Assembly: GCA_963770535.1 (NCBI GenBank)
Contig: CAVYPZ010000002.1
Coordinates: forward strand, 11,641 to 75,640
DNA length: 64,000 bases
Origin: an uncultured Actinomycetes bacterium
GTDB lineage: Bacteria; Actinomycetota; Actinomycetes; Streptosporangiales; Streptosporangiaceae
Reading direction: 5' to 3'
Shown: one piece after another, positions 25,875 through 35,089 of the stretch
Layout of the letters: each line of letters opens with the position of its first letter
Position numbering within the stretch: position 1 is the stretch's first letter
The notes under the pieces: model-generated
The model's database searches: none
Seen by the model: only the letters and a program-made list of their open reading frames with translations
Told to the model about the DNA's origin: nothing
Made by a program: the position numbers and the translations under genes

Positions 25875-27365
25875 ATGGAAGAGCGCTCGCACCCGGGCCA
25901 GACCTCGCGGGCCGGAACGACGCACGCGGCCGCCTCCACGTTCGCGTCGGCATGGCGGCGGGCTCACCTGACCGTGGATCAGCGGGTGGCCAGGGGCCGG
26001 GCCGCGCGCCAGGAGGCGCCGAGGTCGAGCCATGGGCGGTGGGCACCCACGCCGGACCGCGCGGATCCGGTGGCGCTGCTCGAGGAGCAGGCCGAGAGCC
26101 GGGTCGCCCAGCTGGTCCCCATCCGGTACGGGCGGATGCTGGTCTCGCCCTTCACGTTCTACCGCGGCGCCGCCCTGATCATGGCGGCGGACCTGGCGGC
26201 GACCCCTCAGTCGGGTGTCACCGTCCAATTGTGCGGCGACGCGCACCTGTCGAACTTCGGCCTGTTCGGCACGCCGGAGCGACAGATGCTGTTCGACATC
26301 AACGACTTCGATGAGACCCTCCCCGGCCCGTGGGAATGGGACGTCAAGCGCCTGGCGGCCAGTTTCGAGGTGATGGGACGCGACCGCGGCTTCAGCCCCG
26401 CCGACCGCCGGGACATCGTCATGGCCGGGGTGCAGGAGTACCGGGACCGGATGCGCGAGGCAGCCGGGATGCGCTCCCTGGAGGCCTGGTACGAGCACCT
26501 CGAGGCCGGGATGCTGCTCAAGCTGGTCCGTAAGGAGGTCCGCGTCAAGCGGGTCAGCAAGAAGGAGGCCCGGGCGACCGAGGAGATGGTGGCGAAGGCG
26601 CGTACCCGCGACAGCACGCGGGTGTTCGCCAAGCGGGCCGACGAGGTCGACGGTGAACTGCGGATCGTCGCTGACCCCCCGCTCATCATCCCGATCGAGG
26701 ACCTGGTCCAGCCTGGGTCGGAATGGGAGGACCCGGCCCCGCTGATCAAGAAGCTGCTCAGCTCATACCGGCGCACACTCGGGCGCCAGCACCATCCGGT
26801 CGAGGAGTACCGCTACGCCCACGTGGCCCACAAGATCGTGGGCGTAGGCAGCGTCGGCACCCGCTGCTACATCATGCTGCTGCTCGGCCGCGACCACGAC
26901 GACCCGTTGTTCCTGCAGGTCAAGGAGGCGCAAGCGTCCGTGCTCGAGCGCTTCCTGGGCGCCAGCGCATACTCCCACCATGGCGAGCGGGTGGTAGCCG
27001 GGCAGCACCTGATGCAGGGCGCGACCGACATCTTCCTGGGCTGGCAGCGCATCAAGGGGCTGGACGGCGTGACCCGGGACTACTACGTGCGCCAGTTCCA
27101 GGACTGGAAAGGCAGCGCGGACGTGGACACCATGCTTCCCCCGGGGGCCACCTTGTACTCGCGTATCTGCGGCGCGACCCTGGCCCGGGCCCACGCCCGC
27201 TGGGGCGACCGCATCGCAATTTCCTCCTACCTGGGCAAGAGTGATGCTTTCGATCGCGCGATCGCAGACTTCTCCGCCGCGTACGCCGACCAGAATGAGC
27301 GGGACTACGCGGCGTTCCGCGCCGCGATTGACTCAGGTCGCCTGATCGCCCAGACAGGGCTGTAA
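25875..27365 (+). CDS. DUF2252 domain protein
   Basis: ..LVPIRYGRMLVSPFTFYRGAALIMAADLA..VQLCGDAHLSNFGLFGTPERQMLFDINDFDETLPGPWEWDVKRLA.. is the DUF2252 signature. Confidence 0.8.
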   Translation: MEERSHPGQTSRAGTTHAAASTFASAWRRAHLTVDQRVARGRAARQEAPRSSHGRWAPTPDRADPVALLEEQAESRVAQLVPIRYGRMLVSPFTFYRGAALIMAADLAATPQSGVTVQLCGDAHLSNFGLFGTPERQMLFDINDFDETLPGPWEWDVKRLAASFEVMGRDRGFSPADRRDIVMAGVQEYRDRMREAAGMRSLEAWYEHLEAGMLLKLVRKEVRVKRVSKKEARATEEMVAKARTRDSTRVFAKRADEVDGELRIVADPPLIIPIEDLVQPGSEWEDPAPLIKKLLSSYRRTLGRQHHPVEEYRYAHVAHKIVGVGSVGTRCYIMLLLGRDHDDPLFLQVKEAQASVLERFLGASAYSHHGERVVAGQHLMQGATDIFLGWQRIKGLDGVTRDYYVRQFQDWKGSADVDTMLPPGATLYSRICGATLARAHARWGDRIAISSYLGKSDAFDRAIADFSAAYADQNERDYAAFRAAIDSGRLIAQTGL

Positions 27366-27423
27366 CCGGGACACCGGCCGGCGGGCCAGGGCCAGCGCCG
27401 CGTTCACCGCCTCCTCCGGCAGG

Positions 27424-28371
27424 TCAGCGGCCCTGAGCGGCCCAGAGCGCGGCGATGTGCCGGTGATCTGTCCCGCAGCAGCCGCCGAGGATCGAGAGGG
27501 CCGGGAGCTTCTCGGCCAGCCTGGCCTGGGCGGCCACGAGCTCGCCGATATCGCCTTCGTCGAGCTGCTCGGCCTCGTCGAGTTCGGCGTGGCTCCGGGT
27601 GGACGCGTTAGGCCGGATCCCCGCGATGCGGCGGCGCCACGGGCCGTCATCGCCCAGCCCCCGGGCGATATGGGCCGGGTGGGCGCAGTTGATCAGGAAA
27701 TAGTCGGGCGGTGCGGCCTGGTCAACGGCGGCGATGGCGTCCCCGATCGTAGTGCCGCCGGGCAGCCGGCCGTCCGTCTCGACCGTGAACGAAATCGCGA
27801 TAGGAAGCCCGGCCGCACGGGCCGCTTGCACGATGCCGATGGCCTCGCCGACGTCGGTGAGCGTGTAGGCGGCGGCCATGTCGGCATGCGCCGACGCGAA
27901 GGCCTTGAGCTGAGGCTCGTGGTACTCGGCCGCCTCGGCAGGATCGAGCCGCTGGCCGGCGGAATATCCGTCGTGCCGGGGGCCGACCATGCCGCTGACG
28001 ATCACGTCGGCGACCGTCAGGGTGTAGCGGGCGCGCAGGCGGTCCAGCAGGGCGATGGCTGTCCTGTTGACGCGGGCCAGGCTTTCCGCGTCATAGCCGA
28101 GCCGTTCTGCCCAGCGGGGATTCGCCCGCCAGGTCGGCGCTTCGAGCAGCAGCCCGGCCCCGGCTTCCGCGGCGATCGCGGCGTAGCCGTCGTAGTAGAT
28201 CTCCAGCCGCGACCTGCCCTCGGTGCTGTCGAGGAGCGGGAAGGCGGCGAATTCCGGCAGGTCGACGCCGTGATGGAAGATGAGGTCAGTCTCCATGCCC
28301 CCGTCGGTGACGTACCGGCGGCGCCGCAGGTCGGGAAGTCCCGGGGTGGGTGGCGAAGCGGCTGCGGCCAT
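27424..28371 (-). CDS. homocysteine S-methyltransferase family protein
   Basis: ..YVTDGGMETDLIF.., ..LEAPTWRANP.., ..INCAHP.., and the C-terminal zinc-ligand block ILGGCCGTDHRHI. Confidence 0.8.
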   Translation of the reverse strand: MAAAASPPTPGLPDLRRRRYVTDGGMETDLIFHHGVDLPEFAAFPLLDSTEGRSRLEIYYDGYAAIAAEAGAGLLLEAPTWRANPRWAERLGYDAESLARVNRTAIALLDRLRARYTLTVADVIVSGMVGPRHDGYSAGQRLDPAEAAEYHEPQLKAFASAHADMAAAYTLTDVGEAIGIVQAARAAGLPIAISFTVETDGRLPGGTTIGDAIAAVDQAAPPDYFLINCAHPAHIARGLGDDGPWRRRIAGIRPNASTRSHAELDEAEQLDEGDIGELVAAQARLAEKLPALSILGGCCGTDHRHIAALWAAQGR

Positions 28372-28612
28372 GCTGGTACCCCCCGTTGATCGGCGTGCCC
28401 TTCCGGCCAGCCTGACCCACCCCAGCCGGCAGCGCCAGAGCTGCGCTGCCCGCTATGGCACGGCACGCGAACAATGCGCGGGAAAGCCTCATTCACGGGC
28501 CGGTGACGGTGCACGATTAGCCCGGGACCACCTCATAGCGCAATCCTTTGCACGCTGGGGCCTGGGGAGCGGGCCGGACCTTGGCGTGCGTCACCTGTCT
28601 GGAGAGGTCGCC

Positions 28613-28933
28613 ATGGCCCAGCCCGCCGCCCCGGATACCAGAGCGGTCCCCAGACCGCTCACCCGGGGCATCGTCACCTGTCTCTTGCTCGTCGCCATCG
28701 GCGGCGCCCTGGTCGTGCCGATCTACGCGCGTTCCCTGCCGAAGCTCGGCCCCTTCCCGTTCTTCTACTGGTACCAGTTCCTCTGGGTGCCCCTGGTGGC
28801 GATGGCCTGCTGGCTCTGCTACGTCCTCCTGCGAACCAAGCCCGCTGCGGGGGGCGGCCCGGCAGGCACCCGGTCCGGGAACGCCGGAGGGCCAGGCCAG
28901 GCGGGGCCAGGTCAGGCAGGTGCAGAGCGGTGA
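28613..28933 (+). CDS. DUF3311-type small membrane protein (symporter accessory subunit)
   Basis: ATG after GGAGAGG. Two TM helices (..IVTCLLLVAIGGALVVPIY.., ..FFYWYQFLWVPLVAMACWLCYVLL). The stop overlaps the symporter GTG (GTGA at 28930-28933). Confidence 0.6.
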   Translation: MAQPAAPDTRAVPRPLTRGIVTCLLLVAIGGALVVPIYARSLPKLGPFPFFYWYQFLWVPLVAMACWLCYVLLRTKPAAGGGPAGTRSGNAGGPGQAGPGQAGAER

Positions 28934-30552
28934 GTCACGTCAACGTGGTCTCGTTCGCCATCCTCGCCGCCTCGTTCCTGGTCGTGACCCTGATCGGCTT
29001 CGCCGGGGCCCGGTGGCGGCCGGCGGAGGACCCGATGCAGCTGACCGAGTGGGGCCTGGGCGGCCGCGGTTTCGGCACGTTCATCACCTGGTTCCTGCTC
29101 GGCGGCGACCTCTACACCGCCTACACGTTCATCGCCGTGCCTGCCCTGGTGTACGCGACCGGCGCGGCGGGTTTCTACGCGCTGTCGTACACGATCATGG
29201 TGTTCCCGATCGTGTTCGTCTTCGGCCCGCGGCTCTGGTCGGTGGCCCGCGCGCGGGGCTACGTCACCCCGGGCGAATTCGTCCGCGGCCGGTACGGCTC
29301 GCAGGGACTCGGGCTGGCGGTGACGCTGACCGGGATCCTGGCCACCATGCCCTATATCGCGCTCCAGCTCGTGGGCATCGAATCGGTGCTGGCCGTCTTG
29401 GGCGTGGGCACGAATTCACGCAATACGTTCCTCGCCAACCTGCCGCTGGTCATCGCCTTCGCCATCCTGGCCGCCTACACGTACCTGGCCGGGCTGCGCG
29501 CCCCGGCCCTGATCGCGTTCGTCAAGGACGCGCTCATCTACGTGACGGTCATCGTCGCGATCATCTACATCCCGGGGCGCCTGGGCGGCTGGGGGCACAT
29601 CTTCGGTGTCGCGTCGGCTCACCTCGAGAGCCCCAACCCGGCCACCGGCAAGCCGTACGGCAGCCTGGTCGTGCTGCCCGCCGGTGAATGGGCCTACGCC
29701 ACGCTCGCGCTGGGCTCCGCGCTGGCGCTGTTCATCTACCCGCACGCGGTCACCGGGGTCTTCGCGGCCCGGCAGCGCGACGTGATCCGGCGCAACGCGG
29801 CCATGCTGCCCGCCTACTCACTGGTGCTGGGCCTCATCGCGCTGCTCGGCTACATGGCGCGAGCCACCCCCGCCGTGAACGCCGGTGTCGCGGCCGGTTA
29901 CGGGAACGCGCAGCTGGCCGTGCCGCTGCTGTTCCAGGACATGTTCCCCAGCTGGTTCGCGGGTGTCGGCTATTCGGCCATCGTCATCGGGGCGCTGGTT
30001 CCCGCGGCCATCATGTCGATCGCGGCGGCGAACCTGTTCACCCGCAACATCTACAAGGAGCTCCTCCGCCCCGGGGCCACCCCGGCCCAGGAGACGCGGG
30101 TGGCCCGGCTGGCGTCGCTGTTCATGAAGGTCGGCGCGCTGGGCTTCGCGCTCGAGCTGAACAAGACATTCTCCATCAACCTGCAGCTGCTGGGCGGGAT
30201 CTGGATCCTGCAGACCTTCCCGGCCGTCGTGATCAGCCTGTACACGCGCTGGTTCCACCGCTTCGCGCTGATCATCGGCTGGGCCGTGGGGATGGCCTAC
30301 GGCACCATCCAGGCGTACCAGACACCCGGTGGCGGCCAGCAGCACTTCGGTGCGTCGACGGCTCCGGTGCTCGGGCACACGACATACATCGCCATCACCG
30401 CGGTGTTCATCAACCTGCTGGTCGCGGCCGGGTTCACGCTCATCTTCCGCGCCGTCGGGGTGACGGACGGGTACGACGAGACCCGGCCCGCGGACTACTC
30501 CGCCGACGCCGCGCCCGCCGCCGCCTTAGCCGCCCCACCGGCAGTAAATTAA
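28930..30552 (+). CDS. sodium:solute symporter (SSF) family transporter
   Basis: 540 aa with about 13 TM segments. ..WGLGGRGFGTFITWFLLGGDLYTAYTFIAVPA.. is typical of the SSF N-terminus. Coupled to the DUF3311 partner. Confidence 0.85.
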   Translation: MSHVNVVSFAILAASFLVVTLIGFAGARWRPAEDPMQLTEWGLGGRGFGTFITWFLLGGDLYTAYTFIAVPALVYATGAAGFYALSYTIMVFPIVFVFGPRLWSVARARGYVTPGEFVRGRYGSQGLGLAVTLTGILATMPYIALQLVGIESVLAVLGVGTNSRNTFLANLPLVIAFAILAAYTYLAGLRAPALIAFVKDALIYVTVIVAIIYIPGRLGGWGHIFGVASAHLESPNPATGKPYGSLVVLPAGEWAYATLALGSALALFIYPHAVTGVFAARQRDVIRRNAAMLPAYSLVLGLIALLGYMARATPAVNAGVAAGYGNAQLAVPLLFQDMFPSWFAGVGYSAIVIGALVPAAIMSIAAANLFTRNIYKELLRPGATPAQETRVARLASLFMKVGALGFALELNKTFSINLQLLGGIWILQTFPAVVISLYTRWFHRFALIIGWAVGMAYGTIQAYQTPGGGQQHFGASTAPVLGHTTYIAITAVFINLLVAAGFTLIFRAVGVTDGYDETRPADYSADAAPAAALAAPPAVN

Positions 30553-30609
30553 CGGATAATTTATGGCGCCGGATTTCAGCACATGGCACGCCGGGATAGC
30601 AGCGGGGGC

Positions 30610-31464
30610 TCAGGTGCGGGCGAGGCGCTCGTTGGCCGCCACGACCTGCTCATGGTCGATCTCGAAGCCCAGGTACGAGCAGCCCAGCTGGCGGGCCGCC
30701 ACGCCGGTGGTGCCTGACCCGCTGAACGGGTCGAGCACGATGACGTCCCCGCCCAGCCTCCCGTAGGCCTGGATGCACCGGCGGGGCAGCTCCTCCGGAA
30801 ACCGGGAGAAGTGCTTCAGCCCGGCCTGTTTCTCGTTGCTGAATTCCCAGACGGAGCCGACCGGCGGGGCGGCGCGGAACGGATGCTGCTCCTCGCGGGC
30901 GAACAGGTAAATGGTCTCGTGCTGCCGGTGTGGCCGGCGGCACTTTCCTTCTGGCATCGGATTGCGCTTGTGCCAGATGACCTCGCCGCGGAAGAGCCAG
31001 CCCGCGTCGCACATCGCGATGACCAGGCGGTAGGGCAGGGCCAGGAGATTGCCGTAGCGCAGCCACGGCACACGGGGGTCGGTGAACGCTTTCCGCTTGT
31101 GCCGGGGCTTGACGTACGCGGAGTTCGCCGGGTCGAGCCCGGTGCGGCCAGGCCCGAGGGTGCTGTACGAATGGTCCTCGCTGCGCCAGTTCACCGGCGT
31201 GTTGTACGCGTCGCCGACGTTCAGCCACAGCAGCCCGTCCGGTTTCACCTTCGGCAGCAGCGAGCCGAAAATAGCGGCCAGTTCAGCCAGGTAAGCCCGG
31301 GGATCGTCTTCGATGCCATTGCCCTCGGACATCCGCTGGCCCCAGTAAGGAGGGCTGGTCACCGTCACGTCGACACAATTATCCGGCAGGTCGGCGATCA
31401 GCTTCCGGCAGTCGCCCTCGGCGACCTCATTCAATGGGAACCGTCCCACTGATGAGATGGTCAC
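30610..31464 (-). CDS. site-specific DNA methyltransferase, beta-class (motif IV SPPY before motif I FSGSGTT); N4-cytosine or N6-adenine
   Basis: DVTVTSPPYW near the N-terminus and VLDPFSGSGTTGVAA near the C-terminus. No endonuclease-like neighbour. Confidence 0.85.
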   Translation of the reverse strand: MTISSVGRFPLNEVAEGDCRKLIADLPDNCVDVTVTSPPYWGQRMSEGNGIEDDPRAYLAELAAIFGSLLPKVKPDGLLWLNVGDAYNTPVNWRSEDHSYSTLGPGRTGLDPANSAYVKPRHKRKAFTDPRVPWLRYGNLLALPYRLVIAMCDAGWLFRGEVIWHKRNPMPEGKCRRPHRQHETIYLFAREEQHPFRAAPPVGSVWEFSNEKQAGLKHFSRFPEELPRRCIQAYGRLGGDVIVLDPFSGSGTTGVAARQLGCSYLGFEIDHEQVVAANERLART

Positions 31465-31529
31465 GCGCGCTCCTGCCCACGGCCGCTGACGATGACCGAT
31501 ACCCTACCGGGCTTCCCGCGCCCCGGAGG

Positions 31530-32351
31530 TCAGCTGACCCGGCGCCAGCGTGCCTCGGCCAGCCCGTATACCCCGAACGCGATCAGGCCGAGCGCGGCGA
31601 TAATCAGCAGGAACTCACCGAACGGCTGGTTGCGCAGGGTGTGCAGCGCCGTGTCCAGGCCTGCCGCCTTGGACGGGTCGTAGGTGATGGCCGCGTCGAT
31701 CACCAGCACGCCGGCCAGCGCGAACACCAGGCCCCGGGCGATGGTGCCTACCGTGCCGAGCCGCCGCACCGCCTTGCGGGTCTGCGGGCTCATCTCGCCG
31801 GTGCGCAGGTGCTTCATGAACTTGTGCCTGGCCCCCTCGACGACCAGCGCCAGGCCGACGATCACGATGATCAGCCCGACGATCCCGACCGCGAAACGGC
31901 CGCCGGCGTGATGCATGACGCTGGCGGTGACATCCTTCTGCTGGCCCGCCTGGTTGGCCTTCTTCCCCAGGATGATCTTGAAGGTCAGCACCGCGAAGCT
32001 CGCATAGACCAGCCCCCGGACCAGCGACTTGAGCCGGGGGCCGGCGCCGGTGCCCTCACCGGGGACGCCGAACGCGGCCTCGCTGAGCCGCCACAGCGCA
32101 TAGCCGACGAAGCCGATGGCGAGCAGCCACAGCGCGACCGCGCCGAAAGGCTGGCTGGCCACCAGCTGCAGCGCGCCCTGCTGGTCGGCCTGGTGGCCGC
32201 CCTGGCCGATCGCGACCAGGATGGCGACGATGCCGATGAGAATGTAGATCACGCCCCGGGCGGTCAGCCCCGCCCGGGCCAGGAGCTGCGCCGGGCGGCT
32301 GTCCGTGGCCCGCCGGGCCTTCATGGACACGCGCGCTGATGATGAGGACAT
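31530..32351 (-). CDS. DUF1206 domain membrane protein
   Basis: Repeated helix pairs ..ARAGLTARGVIYILIGIVAILVA.., ..AVALWLLAIGFVGYALWRL.., ..GEFLLIIAALGLIAFGVYGLAEARWRR. The ATG at 32351 follows GGAGAC. Confidence 0.7.
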   Translation of the reverse strand: MSSSSARVSMKARRATDSRPAQLLARAGLTARGVIYILIGIVAILVAIGQGGHQADQQGALQLVASQPFGAVALWLLAIGFVGYALWRLSEAAFGVPGEGTGAGPRLKSLVRGLVYASFAVLTFKIILGKKANQAGQQKDVTASVMHHAGGRFAVGIVGLIIVIVGLALVVEGARHKFMKHLRTGEMSPQTRKAVRRLGTVGTIARGLVFALAGVLVIDAAITYDPSKAAGLDTALHTLRNQPFGEFLLIIAALGLIAFGVYGLAEARWRRVS

Positions 32352-32409
32352 CACTGTCTCCGCTCTGAAACGGGAAGAACCGTCCCCCAGGTGCCCCGGT
32401 ACCGCCGGT

Positions 32410-32889
32410 TCATGCACGCTCTCGCGCGCCGCGCCGGCGGCGCTGCCGGAGCAGCAGCCGGATCCGCCGCTCGGCGATCTGGTGCGTGTGATAGCTGAGC
32501 CACAGGCACACGGCGGCCAGCGGGAGCTCGACCACGGCGCACAGCAGGAACGACTGCCAGCGCTCGCCCGCCGGGGTGGTCATGCAGTCGAACCACGCGT
32601 CCACGATGAGCAGCGTGGCGGTCGCCGAGGCCGCGGTGGTCAGGTACCGGGACCGCCGCAGCGCGCAGTAGGCCGTGCTGGCCAGCCCGCCGAGCAGGAA
32701 CACATCGAATCCGGCCCAGGCGATGTCGTAGTTGGGGGACAGCTGGCGGGACGGCAGCGACACGGCGATGTACCCGATCCAGGGCAGCAGGATCAGCGAG
32801 AATAGCGCGAACGACGGCCCGGCCCAGCGCACCAGGCGTGCATCGTCGGTCAGGACCGCGTTCTCCGGCTCGGGGGCCGCCCCGACCAT
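32410..32889 (-). CDS. hypothetical membrane protein (4 TM)
   Basis: Only the C-terminal 159 aa of the 927-aa track ORF looks real (MVGAAPEPEN..FALFSLILLPWIGYIAV..FDVFLLGGLASTAYCAL..TATLLIVDAWFD..LLCAVVELPLAAVCLWL). Start uncertain. Confidence 0.55.
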   Translation of the reverse strand: MVGAAPEPENAVLTDDARLVRWAGPSFALFSLILLPWIGYIAVSLPSRQLSPNYDIAWAGFDVFLLGGLASTAYCALRRSRYLTTAASATATLLIVDAWFDCMTTPAGERWQSFLLCAVVELPLAAVCLWLSYHTHQIAERRIRLLLRQRRRRGARERA

Positions 32890-33042
32890 CTGGTCGAGCC
32901 GGGTGAGCGGGTCCTGCGCATCGGGGGCTGGTGTCACCGTGTACCTCGCCGTCCCGGGCGGGGCATGAGCCCGGCCCGCGTGCTGTTGCAGGTGTCGTAT
33001 CAGAGCCCCGATCTTCCCGGCCAGCAGCGAAGGAACCGCATC

Positions 33043-33531
33043 GTGACCGTGCACGACATCCCGCTCACCTCCCTGGCGGGCCAGCCCGCCTCGCTCGGCG
33101 ACCTGTCGGGCCGCACCCTGCTCGTGGTCAACGTCGCCTCCAAGTGCGGCCTCACCCCGCAGTACGAGGGGCTCGAGCGGCTGCACGAGACGTACCGCGA
33201 CCGCGGGTTCTCGGTCGTCGGCTTCCCCTGCAACCAGTTCGGCGGCCAGGAGCCGGGCACGGCCGGCGAGATTGCTGAATTCTGCTCGGCCACCTACGGG
33301 GTGAGCTTCCCGCTGATGCAGAAGATCGAGGTCAACGGGCCGGGCCGGCACCCGGTGTACGAGGAGCTCACCGCCGTGCCTGACGCGGACGGCGAGGCGG
33401 GCGACATCCAGTGGAACTTCGAGAAGTTCCTGGTCGGCCCGGATGGGGCGGTCATCGCCAGGTTCCGCCCGCGCACCGACCCGGGGGATCCGGCCCTGGT
33501 CGCCGCGATCGAGGCGAACCTGCCCGGCTGA
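33043..33531 (+). CDS. glutathione peroxidase (Cys-type, BtuE-like)
   Basis: LVVNVASKCGLTPQY (peroxidatic Cys), GFPCNQFGGQEPG, WNFEKFLV. GTG at 33043 gives about 162 aa. Confidence 0.9.
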   Translation: MTVHDIPLTSLAGQPASLGDLSGRTLLVVNVASKCGLTPQYEGLERLHETYRDRGFSVVGFPCNQFGGQEPGTAGEIAEFCSATYGVSFPLMQKIEVNGPGRHPVYEELTAVPDADGEAGDIQWNFEKFLVGPDGAVIARFRPRTDPGDPALVAAIEANLPG

Positions 33532-33714
33532 CGGCCAGGCGGCCAGGCGTGCCGGTGACGCCCGGGTCACGCCGGGGGCGATGGCATGTCTCTGTCTGCT
33601 AACTATCTCTCTTACGCACGCAGTGCCGGTGAGGTTTCTGGCATGCTGCTGCGGTCCGCCTCCACCCGGACGTGACCCCGCGACCAGGCCAGGAAAACTA
33701 ACTGGAGGCCAGCG

Positions 33715-35082
33715 GTGCTGAGCGTGCCCGAAATCGTTGCGCTGATGCGTGAGGCGGTCCCCCCGGGAAGGGAGACCCTGGATGACTCGTCCCTGACCCG
33801 GCTGCAGCAGCTGACCCGGGCGCTGCTCGAGGCCAAGCCTGGCGCCCGGCAGGAGTATGCGCGGTTCCTGGCCATCAGCGGCCGGGCGCTCCCGATGCCG
33901 GACGGCGACCTGGACGCCTGGCTCGGCGGCATGACGGTGGTCGTGCTGGGCGGCACCGGCTGCATCGGCTCCACGCTGATGCAGCAGGTGAAGATCCGGC
34001 GCCCGGGGCGGCTGGTGAGCGTCGGCCGGGGCCTGACCGACCGTTACCCGCGGCTGCCCGGTGCCGAGTACGTGCAGGCCGACATCCGGGACCGGCAGCG
34101 GCTGGCGGCCGTGCTCGGTGAGATCCGGCCAGATGTGGTTTTCCACGTGGCCGCGCAGCGCGACCCGGGCCTGGCCGAGCATGAGGTGCACCGGACGCTG
34201 AGCACGAACGTGCTCGGCACCCAGAACGTGATCACGGTGGCGGCCGGGTGCGGCGTTCCGCAGGTCGTGTGCGCGTCCACCGGCAAGGCGCTCCGCCCGT
34301 ACTCCCCGGATGTCTACACGGCGTCGAAGCGGGTGGCCGAGTGGCTGGTCGCGGGCGCCGCATCGGCCTGCAGCACCACCACCTACTCGATGGCGCGGTT
34401 CACCCACGTGGTGGACAACTCGATCATTCACGGCCGGCTGCTCGACTGGTGCCGGGGCGGGGTGATCCGCCTGCACAGCGCGGACATCGGCTTCTACGGG
34501 GAGTCCGCGCTCGAGTCGGCCCAGCTGCTGCTCGCGGCCGGGCTGGGCGCGCGGCCCGGCGAGCTGCGCGTGCACGCGATCACCGACCTCGGGTGGCCGG
34601 TCACCTTGCTCGACGTGACGCTGGGCGTGCTGGCCCGGACTGGCTCCGCCGCACCGATCTACTTCAGCGGCTATGACCGCGGCTACGAGCCCATCCCGTT
34701 CCCCGGGCTCTACGACCCGCTGACCGCCGCCGAGGTGAGCCCGCTGCTCAGCGCGTTCGAGGCGGCCACGGCCCAGGCCATGCCGGGCGGGATGGTGGAT
34801 GCGTTCCCGCTCGCCGTGACGCCCGGCCCCGAGCTGGACCGGCGGCTGCGGGAACTGGAGGCGGCGTGCCACGGCACCGAGGATCCCCGGGTGCTGCGTC
34901 CCGCGCTGGACCAGCTGTCCTGGGCCCTGCTCGACGCGACCCTCAGCGCCGTGGACCAGCGGGTGCTGGCCCGGGCCGCGGATCTGACCGCCAGGCATCA
35001 GGGCACGCTGATCCCCGAGCACCAGCGGATGCTGGCCGCGATCATCCGCGAGGCCGGGATCAGCGCATCCGCTCTCGTGTAA
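33715..35082 (+). CDS. extended SDR (NAD-dependent epimerase/dehydratase, CapD-like) with N- and C-terminal extensions
   Basis: Rossmann VVVLGGTGCIGS, catalytic YTASK, ..VFHVAAQRDPGLAE... 455 aa. Start uncertain. Confidence 0.7.
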   Translation: MLSVPEIVALMREAVPPGRETLDDSSLTRLQQLTRALLEAKPGARQEYARFLAISGRALPMPDGDLDAWLGGMTVVVLGGTGCIGSTLMQQVKIRRPGRLVSVGRGLTDRYPRLPGAEYVQADIRDRQRLAAVLGEIRPDVVFHVAAQRDPGLAEHEVHRTLSTNVLGTQNVITVAAGCGVPQVVCASTGKALRPYSPDVYTASKRVAEWLVAGAASACSTTTYSMARFTHVVDNSIIHGRLLDWCRGGVIRLHSADIGFYGESALESAQLLLAAGLGARPGELRVHAITDLGWPVTLLDVTLGVLARTGSAAPIYFSGYDRGYEPIPFPGLYDPLTAAEVSPLLSAFEAATAQAMPGGMVDAFPLAVTPGPELDRRLRELEAACHGTEDPRVLRPALDQLSWALLDATLSAVDQRVLARAADLTARHQGTLIPEHQRMLAAIIREAGISASALV

Positions 35083-35089
35083 GGCGTCG

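Noticed and set aside
30610-32351. Restriction-modification or other defence operon around the methyltransferase.
   Set aside because: The only same-strand neighbour is a DUF1206 multi-pass membrane protein with no nuclease, ATPase or helicase motifs. No second enzyme gene is present.
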